Positions 18,114-25,643 of a stretch of DNA of 32,000 nucleotides are shown piece after piece. The stretch is taken from NCBI GenBank assembly GCA_947502265.1, contig CANMZB010000007.1, positions 124,324-156,323 on the forward strand, written 5' to 3'. Below the pieces are notes generated by a model. The model did not search any database. It was not told the DNA's origin and worked only from the letters and a program-made list of their open reading frames with translations. The number at the start of each line of letters is the position of its first letter. The stretch's first letter is position 1. The DNA comes from an uncultured Sulfitobacter sp. Lineage in GTDB: Bacteria > Pseudomonadota > Alphaproteobacteria > Rhodobacterales > Rhodobacteraceae. The position numbers and the translations under genes were made by a program.

Positions 18114-18448
18114 ACCACCTGCTCCTCTTGCGCAAAGCAGGTCAGATAGCGCCCGTCAGAGTCGCGCTCGGCCACTGCTTCGATGGTAAAAATCCGGTTT
18201 CCCTGACGAAACCGCTGTTGCGCCGCAGGGCGCTCGGAACTGCCGGCAGGGGCCGCGCGCACGGTGATTTTATAGGCCATCCGGCTCACCGGTGCTCCGC
18301 TTGCGGCGGTCTCGCGCCCTGTACGCGCCGTCATCTCGGCCCAGACAATTCCCACCGGCACCCACCCGTTGACAAATCCGCCCGCCCCGTCGCTCAAACG
18401 GTCCGGCGCTTCCAGAACCAGCTGCCGGTTCAAACGCGGCACGCTCAT
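18110..18448 (-). CDS. g7: GTA g7: head-closure/stopper protein (head-tail joining family)
   Basis: 112 aa from ATG 18448, which forms ATGA with the g6 stop. The track start at 18520 would overlap g6 by 76 nt. Confidence 0.8.
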   Translation of the reverse strand: MSVPRLNRQLVLEAPDRLSDGAGGFVNGWVPVGIVWAEMTARTGRETAASGAPVSRMAYKITVRAAPAGSSERPAAQQRFRQGNRIFTIEAVAERDSDGRYLTCFAQEEQVV

Positions 18449-19041
18449 GTCCGCGCTCCAGCGCCAAGGCGCATCATGCGGAACCGCTCGATCAGGCTGG
18501 TCACCCCAAAAGGCATACAACCGCCACTCAACCCTGTGTCGTGGCGGTATTCATAGTAATGCGCCGCGAGCATCAGAACCGCCTGCTGCAAATCGCTCGG
18601 CACATCGTCCCATTCGGGACCAAATCCCGCCAGAAACCGCACCCGCAACTCGCCGCCTCTATCGGGTGCAGGCAACGCAGCACCCGCCGCCCGCAGGCGC
18701 GGTGTGTGCATATCGCGCTCCAGCCAATAGGCCGAGGAATGAACCGGACGGATCGCGCCATCCCTTCCAACCATAGTCACATCCGCAATCACCGTCACAG
18801 GAGCCACGCCAAGCGCCAGCGCCTGACCGTTTCTCAATTCGTTGACCGACAGCGTAAACTCACGCTCGATCAGCGCCTTGCCGGTGCGGGCCTCGATCGC
18901 CGTCAGAGCGGCGCGCAGAAAACCACGCAACACCACATCCTGCACCTCTGCATCGGCAAAGCCCGTGCCCATGCGCATATGCGCCTTGAACGCTGCTACC
19001 GGCAGGGCTTCATCCGGCACGTTTGTCTCTTCGATCAACAT
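18445..19041 (-). CDS. g6: GTA g6: head-tail adaptor (connector) protein
   Basis: 198 aa from ATG 19041 (MLIEETNVPDEALPVAAFKAHMRMGTGF...), preceded by GAGAGAGG. The upstream part of the track ORF lies in a structured spacer. Confidence 0.8.
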   Translation of the reverse strand: MLIEETNVPDEALPVAAFKAHMRMGTGFADAEVQDVVLRGFLRAALTAIEARTGKALIEREFTLSVNELRNGQALALGVAPVTVIADVTMVGRDGAIRPVHSSAYWLERDMHTPRLRAAGAALPAPDRGGELRVRFLAGFGPEWDDVPSDLQQAVLMLAAHYYEYRHDTGLSGGCMPFGVTSLIERFRMMRLGAGART

Positions 19042-19212
19042 CTCAAAGCCTCTCTCAACTTCCCTCAACTCCCCTATCTCGGACGCACGCCCCGCCCCTC
19101 CGCATTGCTCGGTTGGAGGGGAGCAGCTAGACAACACGATGGGGTCTCAACAGGGGCGCGCGCCCGGTCCGGAGCAAGGGATGACCCCCGCCCCGGCTTC
19201 AGCATTGCCGTC

Positions 19213-20388
19213 TTAGGCCGTGCCGAATTTCAGAAGCTTGATCGCAGCAAAATCGCTCACATCACCGCCCACACGCTTGGTCGCGTAGAAAAGCACATGC
19301 GGCTTGGCACTGAAGGGGTCACGCAAGATACGCAGATCGGGGCGTTCCGCGATGGTGTATCCGGCGGCAAAATCGCCAAAGGCAATGGCCATCTCGTCGG
19401 CATCCGCATCGGGCATGTCCTCGGCAATCAGTACAGGATAGCCCATCAGACGCGCAGGCTCTCCCGCCGCCAGACCATCGGACCACAGGAAACGACCGTC
19501 CATATCCTTAAGCTTGCGAATGACACCCGCAGTTTTCGAGTTCATCACAAATGTCGCATTGGCGCGGTACTGCGCACCCAGCGCATAAACCACATCAACG
19601 ATGGCATCGGCGGTGACTTCACCCGCTACACCCGTCGGCACATACCCCAGATTACCCCAGGCCCAGACGTCATTGTCGACGGTGCTATGCGCAAGCAAAC
19701 CCTTGGGCTTGTCGATGCCGTCCCCGTTGATAAACGCCCCCGCTTCGGCACGCGCAAACTTGTCCGCGATACGCCCTGCAAGCCACCCCTCGATGTCGAA
19801 CGCAGCATCATCCAACAGACGCTGGGACGCCTTGGGCAGCGCGCTCAGCTCGTGCAGTTGCACGGTGATGCGGTCGATCTGCGGCGTGTCGCTTTCGCCC
19901 ACAATCGTGGATTCTGTGGCCCAACCGGCACCCACATCGGAATGATCCACCAACACGTCATAAGACGTCGCCTCCACGTTCACCACAGACGCAATTGCGC
20001 GGATTGAAGCGGTGGTGTTCAGCACCGATTTCACGATGTCCGAGGTCTGCGGATCAACCAGATAACCGCCGTCGGAATTGACAGCTGTGGACAGCGCCTT
20101 GCCTTCCAGTTGCAGCCCGCGCAACCCGTCGTCATCGCCAGTCCGCACATAGGCGTTAAAGGCTTTTTGATGCGGCGCACCCGCATCGGTGGCACCCGCC
20201 AAAGGTGGACGCGACGCATTGAGTGTTTTACGATCCAGCATGTTCATTCGCTCTTCTGTTTGTTGAAGTTTGGTCTCGATCTCGGCCTGAAAGCCTTTGA
20301 ATTCGTGGACAAAGCCGGTCACGGCCCGCCGCACGTCTTGTGCCGGGGATAATTCGTTTCCCACGGCCTTTTCTTCAGTCATGCTCAT
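19213..20388 (-). CDS. g5: GTA g5: HK97-family major capsid protein
   Basis: About 391 aa with an N-terminal delta-domain-like helix, then DGGYLVDPQTS and the HK97-like core. Three in-frame ATGs exist (20394, 20388, 20382). 20388 gives an ATGA overlap with the g4 stop and sensible spacing from GGGGGAA. Confidence 0.92.
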   Translation of the reverse strand: MSMTEEKAVGNELSPAQDVRRAVTGFVHEFKGFQAEIETKLQQTEERMNMLDRKTLNASRPPLAGATDAGAPHQKAFNAYVRTGDDDGLRGLQLEGKALSTAVNSDGGYLVDPQTSDIVKSVLNTTASIRAIASVVNVEATSYDVLVDHSDVGAGWATESTIVGESDTPQIDRITVQLHELSALPKASQRLLDDAAFDIEGWLAGRIADKFARAEAGAFINGDGIDKPKGLLAHSTVDNDVWAWGNLGYVPTGVAGEVTADAIVDVVYALGAQYRANATFVMNSKTAGVIRKLKDMDGRFLWSDGLAAGEPARLMGYPVLIAEDMPDADADEMAIAFGDFAAGYTIAERPDLRILRDPFSAKPHVLFYATKRVGGDVSDFAAIKLLKFGTA

Positions 20389-21017
20389 GCGCATTTCCCC
20401 CGTTTGGTTGCTGTTTTCGGTGTTTTCAATTCGGCACGCGCCGCATCAAAACCCGCCGCCATGTCACGCAGGATCGCTCCAAGGCCGACGAAACCGTCCG
20501 CCTTCGCCGCGACCCGCGCACTGGGCAGCATCGGAAAGGTCACCAACGACACCTCCCAAAGCTCCAGTTCCTGCAAGAGCCGCTGGCCCTTGGTATTTTT
20601 CGTGGCTTTCACCGTGCGGTATCCGATGGACAACCCGTCAATCGCTCCCGCCTCGATCAGGGCGATCGCCTCGCGCCCCTTGTCCACGGATTTAAGGATA
20701 CGCCCCTTGACGAACAGACCACGCGCGTCCTCGCGCACCTCGTCCCACACGCCGATGGGTTGCGCCGGATCATGCTGCCACAGCATCTTGACGCCCCGTT
20801 TCGCCGCCGACAGCGCCTTGAGGCTCGCGCCGTACGCCCCCGCTTCCACTACGTCATTGCCCTGATCCACCGCCCCGAAAAAGCTGGCGTAGCCGCTAAT
20901 CTCGACACCCGTTTCAACCTTCGCGACCTCATCAAGCGCGATGAATTTGCGCTCCAGCCCGGGCAATCCGCCCCCGTTCCCCGGGGCTGGCCCGAGGTCG
21001 TTTCCACTCATATCCAT
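20385..21017 (-). CDS. g4: GTA g4: HK97-family prohead maturation protease
   Basis: 210 aa with ISGYASFFGAVDQGNDVVEAGAYGASL and GLSIGY motifs. AAGGAGA RBS lies 5 nt upstream. Confidence 0.9.
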   Translation of the reverse strand: MDMSGNDLGPAPGNGGGLPGLERKFIALDEVAKVETGVEISGYASFFGAVDQGNDVVEAGAYGASLKALSAAKRGVKMLWQHDPAQPIGVWDEVREDARGLFVKGRILKSVDKGREAIALIEAGAIDGLSIGYRTVKATKNTKGQRLLQELELWEVSLVTFPMLPSARVAAKADGFVGLGAILRDMAAGFDAARAELKTPKTATKRGKCA

Positions 21018-21044
21018 GGATGTCTCCTTGTTAGAATTTTCCGT

Positions 21045-21266
21045 CTAGGGGGCCACCGCCAGAAACGATTGCACCGCCTGCGCCAGGATCATCGCCACAA
21101 CCCCGTAAACCGTCAGCCACAACCGCCGCTCCAGCCGCTCCATCATCACCTCGATCCGGTCCAGCCGGTGGGTCAGATTGGCAAAATGGATCGCGCTGAC
21201 CTGCTCATGCGCCTGAAGCTTCATTCCCGGCGCGCATTGAAACCGCTCGACCGGAAGATCACTCAT
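21045..21266 (-). CDS. g3.5: GTA g3.5: small protein with C-terminal hydrophobic helix
   Basis: 73 aa. It overlaps the portal stop by 8 nt and has a C-terminal TM-like segment (LWLTVYGVVAMILAQAVQSFLAV). The position matches RcGTA g3.5. Confidence 0.6.
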   Translation of the reverse strand: MSDLPVERFQCAPGMKLQAHEQVSAIHFANLTHRLDRIEVMMERLERRLWLTVYGVVAMILAQAVQSFLAVAP

Positions 21267-22431
21267 CGGCAGCCACCACAGGCAGGCCCAGCAACTTGCG
21301 CTTTTCCGCCTCCGTCAGGAAATCCGCACCCGCAACACGCGCCCATTGCGCATCGCGCTCGGCACTCAGCGCCGGCACCTGATCCAGATCGGGTTTCAGA
21401 GCGACCACCTCACCGGTGAACCCCGACAGCCAATGCGCCAGCACCGCCGTCACCCGCGTCACCAAAGGCAGCACCGTCAGACGGTAAAACGCGCGGTTCG
21501 CCTCTTGAAAGTTTGCATAAGTCGCATCGCCCTGGATACCGATCAGCATTGGCGGCACCCCGAAGGCCAAAGCAATCTCGCGCGCCGCCGCTTCCTTGGT
21601 CTGCTGGAATTCCATGTCCGAAGGCGAAAATCCCATCGGCTTCCAATCCAGCCCACCTTCTAGCAGCATCGGACGGCCCGCGTTGCGTGCGCCCTGATGA
21701 TGGCTTTCCATCTCGCTGACCAAACGCTCGTATTGGTCGTTGCTGAGCGTCCCTTGCCCCTCGGCGCCTTTATAAATGATCGCCCCTGAAGGCCGCGCCG
21801 CATTGTCCAGCAACGCTTTGGACCAGCGCGAGGCAGAGTTATGCACATCCATCGCCATCGCCGCCGCCTGCATCGGTGAAAAGCCGTAGTGATCGTCTTG
21901 CGGATGGAAATTACGCACATGACAAACGGGCGTGCCCTGCGTGGCATCAAACCGGTGCTTGCGCCCCCCTACAGCGTATTCATACGCCACCGGCCAGCCA
22001 TCCGCGCCCGGCACCACCGACATCCGGTCAGAGCGTAGAACATGCAACTCCAGCGGCACACCTGTCTCACCACCCACCGCCTCGACATAACCATCACCAG
22101 ACAGCAGCAGCTGCGCATAAAGCGCCTCCAGCAGCTCCGCACGCCCCTGCGCGCCGTTGGGCCGCGCCAGCAACGCCAGCATCGGATGCACCTCAAAACG
22201 CTGCTCTGCGTTCTGCAACACCAACGGCAGCGCCGCCGCCGCTTCCGCAATCAACTTGACCGAACGAAACCCTACCGGATTGCCCAAAAACCCCGTCCGC
22301 GTCAGCGACACCGTATCGCGCGGGCTCCAGGCCACGCGACCCGCACTCTGCACCGATACGACGCGCCCCGTGGCCGAGGCCTTTGCCTCGATCACATCTC
22401 CCGTGCCGCGCCGTAGAAAATCAAACATCAT
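21259..22431 (-). CDS. g3: GTA g3: HK97-family portal protein
   Basis: 390 aa from ATG 22431 (MMFDFLRR...), with AAGGAG 8 nt upstream. The track start at 22491 is GTG and has no RBS. Confidence 0.92.
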   Translation of the reverse strand: MMFDFLRRGTGDVIEAKASATGRVVSVQSAGRVAWSPRDTVSLTRTGFLGNPVGFRSVKLIAEAAAALPLVLQNAEQRFEVHPMLALLARPNGAQGRAELLEALYAQLLLSGDGYVEAVGGETGVPLELHVLRSDRMSVVPGADGWPVAYEYAVGGRKHRFDATQGTPVCHVRNFHPQDDHYGFSPMQAAAMAMDVHNSASRWSKALLDNAARPSGAIIYKGAEGQGTLSNDQYERLVSEMESHHQGARNAGRPMLLEGGLDWKPMGFSPSDMEFQQTKEAAAREIALAFGVPPMLIGIQGDATYANFQEANRAFYRLTVLPLVTRVTAVLAHWLSGFTGEVVALKPDLDQVPALSAERDAQWARVAGADFLTEAEKRKLLGLPVVAADE

Positions 22432-22563
22432 CCCGCTCGCTCCTTGCCCATGTCCCGTGGCAGCCACGACTGCCTCAACGCTTCGAAACACAATCTCTCA
22501 CCAAAGAATTAAGGGGGCCGGACCAGACCGTACGTTGCGCACGACGCACAAAAATCCGCGCAT

Positions 22564-22588
22564 AAAAAAAGGAGGGCCAAAGCCCTCC
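22564..22588 (-). terminator. Canonical intrinsic terminator inside the GTA cluster, between g2 (TerL) and g3 (portal)
   Basis: The minus strand reads GGAGGGC-TTTG-GCCCTCC-TTTTTTT, starting 24 nt after the TerL TAG stop. About 130 nt of spacer follow before the portal start. Confidence 0.7.
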
Positions 22589-22612
22589 GTTTTCCCGTCC
22601 AACCACCACCCC

Positions 22613-24025
22613 CTAAAGCGAGCGCACACCGGGCTGTCGCCATTTCGCCGCCGGTGCGATCATCAACTCGTGCAGCGCCCAAACCAGCGCATCCACACGG
22701 TCGGGCGAACCACCGCCTTCGTATCCGCGCGCCGTCATCCGCGTCATCTGGTCCTCCAACCCGTCCAGATCAGGCATATGGCGTACACGCCCCTGCTCGT
22801 ACAATGCCGCCACCGGCTCCGCCCGCGCGACCTTCCCGCGCGTGGCGTGAACGCCCTTATACGGCACCAACGGATCAATCTGCCGGATCACCTCCTGCAC
22901 CATCTGCCCGCCCTGATTAACCTCCGCCACCAACCGGTCCGCGCCGTATTGCTCCATCGCAGCGATCGCGGCCCGCGCCCAGCCGCTCGGCCCCTCACCG
23001 CTCACCGTACAATCGGCCAGCACAAAGGCCCGCCAGTCCTGCGGCGGGCCGCTGCTTTGCACCCCGGCCACCACAATCCCGCATTCATCCGCTGCCTTGC
23101 CCGATGTCGTCGCCGGATCTATCGCAACCACAATGCGGTCCAGCACAGGCACCTTGCGCACACGGCACGTTTCCAGCATCGCGCTCGTCCATAACGCCCC
23201 CTCTGCATCCGCCAACAACACCCCGTCCAACTCCTGCCGCCCCAGCCGCGTACCGCGATAACGCGCGCGCACCTCCTCCAGAAACGACGCCGCCAGATTG
23301 GCACGGTTCGCCTCTGTCGGCGCATGGGTCACAACCGTCGAAGGCGACTTCAACAACTCCTTCAACACGCCCACATTTCGCGGCGTGGTCGTCACGCACA
23401 CCTGCGGTCGTTCCCCCAGCCGCAAAGCGAATTGCAACATGTCCCACGTCTCTTGCGCCTTCTTCCACTTGGCGATCTCGTCCACCCAAGCTGCATCAAA
23501 CTGCGGCCCGCGCAGCCCTTCGGGATCATGCGCCGAATGCACCGTCGCAATCGCGCCATTCGGCCAAACCAGCCGCTTGCGCGACGCTTCCCAATCGGGG
23601 CGTCGATCCTCGGGCGAACAGGCTAATATCCCGCTGTCACCAAAAATCATCACTTCGCGCACCTGATCTATCGTCTCTCCCACAAGAGCGACACGCGCGC
23701 ATTGCCCCTTGTCCAGCGGACGTGCACCTTCCACCACGGACCGGACCCATTCGGCCCCGGCCCGCGTTTTACCTGCACCACGCCCTCCCATTATCACCCA
23801 CGACCGCCAGTCTCCCTCTGGCGGCAACTGGTGCGGCATGGCCCAGAAGTCGAATAAAAAAGGGAGAGCACGAAGCTCCCCCTCTCCCAGCTCATTCAGG
23901 AATTGATCCTGTACCGATGGTGCTGCGGAGCCGATCCAACTTGCACCCGATGTCAGCCCGCGCCTGATCGAGATCAAGCGCGTACCCCCCGCGTGCAATT
24001 CCGGCTCGTTTGTTTCGACAGTCAT
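22613..24025 (-). CDS. g2: GTA g2: large terminase subunit (TerL)
   Basis: 470 aa with Walker A GGRGAGKT, a Walker B-like VDE in DAAWVDEIAKW, and a C-terminal nuclease domain. ATG 24025 is preceded by GGAG at a 10-nt spacing. This start overlaps g1 by 134 nt, so the start is uncertain. Confidence 0.9.
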   Translation of the reverse strand: MTVETNEPELHAGGTRLISIRRGLTSGASWIGSAAPSVQDQFLNELGEGELRALPFLFDFWAMPHQLPPEGDWRSWVIMGGRGAGKTRAGAEWVRSVVEGARPLDKGQCARVALVGETIDQVREVMIFGDSGILACSPEDRRPDWEASRKRLVWPNGAIATVHSAHDPEGLRGPQFDAAWVDEIAKWKKAQETWDMLQFALRLGERPQVCVTTTPRNVGVLKELLKSPSTVVTHAPTEANRANLAASFLEEVRARYRGTRLGRQELDGVLLADAEGALWTSAMLETCRVRKVPVLDRIVVAIDPATTSGKAADECGIVVAGVQSSGPPQDWRAFVLADCTVSGEGPSGWARAAIAAMEQYGADRLVAEVNQGGQMVQEVIRQIDPLVPYKGVHATRGKVARAEPVAALYEQGRVRHMPDLDGLEDQMTRMTARGYEGGGSPDRVDALVWALHELMIAPAAKWRQPGVRSL

Positions 24026-24245
24026 ACAGCATCAGCTCCGCTTTCTGGCAGCGCCCGATGACATCAGAAACGCTACTGATGGTTTTGGCCGCTGCGGTTG
24101 CATTGATATCCTCCCCGGCTCTGGCCCGTTCTTTCAGGCTCTCTATCTCTTGTCTCAACTCGGCCAGCGTGCGTTTGACAGAGGCAAACAGGGCTTCTGT
24201 TTCAGCGAGCTCGTCGAGGTGATGCGCCGGGGTGCTAACAGTCAT
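23892..24245 (-). CDS. g1: GTA g1: small terminase-like protein
   Basis: 117 aa from ATG 24245 (MTVSTPAHHLDELAETEALFASVKRTLAELRQEIESLKERA...), a coiled-coil-rich small protein at the first position of the cluster. GGAAGGA lies upstream. The track start at 24278 is TTG. Confidence 0.7.
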   Translation of the reverse strand: MTVSTPAHHLDELAETEALFASVKRTLAELRQEIESLKERARAGEDINATAAAKTISSVSDVIGRCQKAELMLYDCRNKRAGIARGGYALDLDQARADIGCKLDRLRSTIGTGSIPE

Positions 24246-24290
24246 CCGATATCGGTCCTTCCGCTTGGGTATCTCCAACCGAAAGACATG

Positions 24291-24319
24291 AAAAAATGAT
24301 CCCTGACACGCCGTCAGGG
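24291..24319 (-). promoter_or_regulatory. Terminator-like hairpin in the leader of the GTA operon
   Basis: The minus strand reads CCCTGAC-GGCGT-GTCAGGG-ATCA-TTTTTT, ending about 45 nt upstream of the g1 ATG. The T-tract is offset 4 nt from the stem, so this is weaker than a textbook terminator. Confidence 0.35.
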
Positions 24320-24378
24320 CCGCTCCTTCAAATCTCCTAGCATGTTTGAATACCTACCCGATAAACCGGGCAGAGTCA

Positions 24379-24411
24379 AGAAAAACGGGGTTAACAGAAC
24401 CTGCTAACCCC
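24379..24411 (-). terminator. Rho-independent terminator of mltG
   Basis: The minus strand reads GGGGTTAGCAG-GTT-CTGTTAACCCC (11-bp stem, one mismatch) followed by GTTTTTCTT. It starts 47 nt after the mltG stop. Confidence 0.65.
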
Positions 24412-24458
24412 GTGCGTTGCTTGTATAAATCGTTAACCAGCGTACAGTTTTAAAGAGA

Positions 24459-25643
24459 TCAGTTCCCGCCCGTAGAGGCATTTCCCGCTGCCGCTGCACC
24501 CTGCTCCGCTTCGATCTGGCGCCAGCGTGCCACGTTGTTATTATGCTCTTTCAGCGTTGTCGCAAAGGCGTGCCCGCCCGTACCGTCCGCCACAAAGAAG
24601 ATGTACTCCGTCTGCTCCGGTTGCGCCGCCGCCATCAGGCTCGCGCGTCCGGGGTTGGCAATCGGCGTGGGGGGCAAGCCCGCGATAACATAGGTGTTAT
24701 ACGGTGTCTCGCGGCGCAACTCGCTGCGCCGCAACCCACGTCCCAAAACGCCTTCACCCTTTGTGATGCCGTAAATCACTGTCGGATCGGTCTGAAGCCG
24801 CATTCCCTGATTAAGACGGTTCACGAACACACTGGCAACCTGCCCGCGCTCCTGCGCAACTCCGGTTTCCTTCTCAATGATAGAGGCAAGAATCAACAGC
24901 TCTTCTGGGCTGTTAATCGGCAGGTCCGCGTCACGCGCCTCCCATGCAGCTGCCAAATGTGCCGCCTGTGCCGTCTCCATCTGCGCGATTAACGTCGCAC
25001 GGTCATCGCCCTTGCGTACCTCATAGCTGTCAGGTGCCAACGCCCCCTCGGCGGGTGTCTCGTCCACATCGCCGCTCAGCACCTCCATGCCTTCCAAAGC
25101 GTTCACAATCTGCCAGCTGGTCACCCCTTCGGCCATCGCAATCCGCAGCCGTGTATCCGCTTTCGCCAGCGTTTCGGTGTACGCCTGCGGTGCCTCCTCC
25201 GCGACCGGCGTGAATTCCGCCAGCTCGACAAACCGGTTGGTCGCCGGATCAAGCTCGCGCACCTGCACGCTCACCTGGTTTACCCCGATACGGTACACAA
25301 TCTCGGTGCCACAGGTGCTGGCCCCGCCGCGGGTGATCACATCAACGATCTCCTGCATGCTCGCCTGCGGTTCCACCAAAAAGCTGCCCGCCTTCAACTG
25401 GCTTGATTTTTCCTCATAACTGGCACCAAGCCGGAATATCGCAGCAGATGTCACAGCTTTCTGATCCGCCAGATTCTCGCTGACCTTGCGCATGGATGCG
25501 CCGCGCTCGACCTGCACACAGATCGCCTGGCTCAGCGGTCCGGGCGTATCATACTGGGATTTCCCCCAGATGATCAGCCCACCCAAAAGGAAAAGCCCAA
25601 GCATGAGGAACGTGATCGCATTGGCCGCAATATGGCGCCACAT
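24459..25643 (-). CDS. mltG: Endolytic murein transglycosylase MltG (YceG-like)
   Basis: 394 aa with an N-terminal TM helix and YceG motifs: LKAGSF, ILASIIEKETG, VFVNRL, MRLQTDPTVIYG, PYNTY and GLPPTPIANPG. Confidence 0.9.
   Translation of the reverse strand: MWRHIAANAITFLMLGLFLLGGLIIWGKSQYDTPGPLSQAICVQVERGASMRKVSENLADQKAVTSAAIFRLGASYEEKSSQLKAGSFLVEPQASMQEIVDVITRGGASTCGTEIVYRIGVNQVSVQVRELDPATNRFVELAEFTPVAEEAPQAYTETLAKADTRLRIAMAEGVTSWQIVNALEGMEVLSGDVDETPAEGALAPDSYEVRKGDDRATLIAQMETAQAAHLAAAWEARDADLPINSPEELLILASIIEKETGVAQERGQVASVFVNRLNQGMRLQTDPTVIYGITKGEGVLGRGLRRSELRRETPYNTYVIAGLPPTPIANPGRASLMAAAQPEQTEYIFFVADGTGGHAFATTLKEHNNNVARWRQIEAEQGAAAAGNASTGGN

Larger units (their letters stand above)
10152..24245 (-). 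mobile_element. RcGTA-type gene transfer agent structural (head-tail) gene cluster: a domesticated prophage-like element, not an autonomous phage
   Basis: 17 collinear minus-strand ORFs in RcGTA order (g1-g15, g3.5, g10.1) with pervasive start/stop overlaps, spanning about 14.1 kb. No integrase, repressor, replication or lysis genes and no flanking repeats. Both flanks are housekeeping genes. Confidence 0.9.

Noticed and set aside
18541-20007. 488-aa plus-strand ORF antisense to the GTA capsid and adaptor genes. Similar ORFs are at 20340-21419, 22157-23194, 23104-23967 and 12972-13730.
   Set aside because: The products are Arg/Pro/His-rich, as is typical of the reverse frame of GC3-rich genes. 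The sense-strand genes carry clear phage structural motifs and coupled start/stop junctions, which leaves no room for these.
10152-24245. Interpretation as an intact or cryptic temperate prophage
   Set aside because: It is only about 14 kb and contains structural and packaging genes alone. I found no integrase, excisionase, repressor, replication or lysis genes, no tRNA target and no flanking direct repeats. The order and gene content match the GTA architecture instead.
24279-24458. CtrA box (TTAA-N7-TTAAC) upstream of g1
   Set aside because: TTAAC-containing sequences are present (GGGGTTAACAG...CTGCTAACCCC and CGTTAACC), but none has the TTAA-N7-TTAA spacing. The first is better explained as the stem of the mltG terminator.
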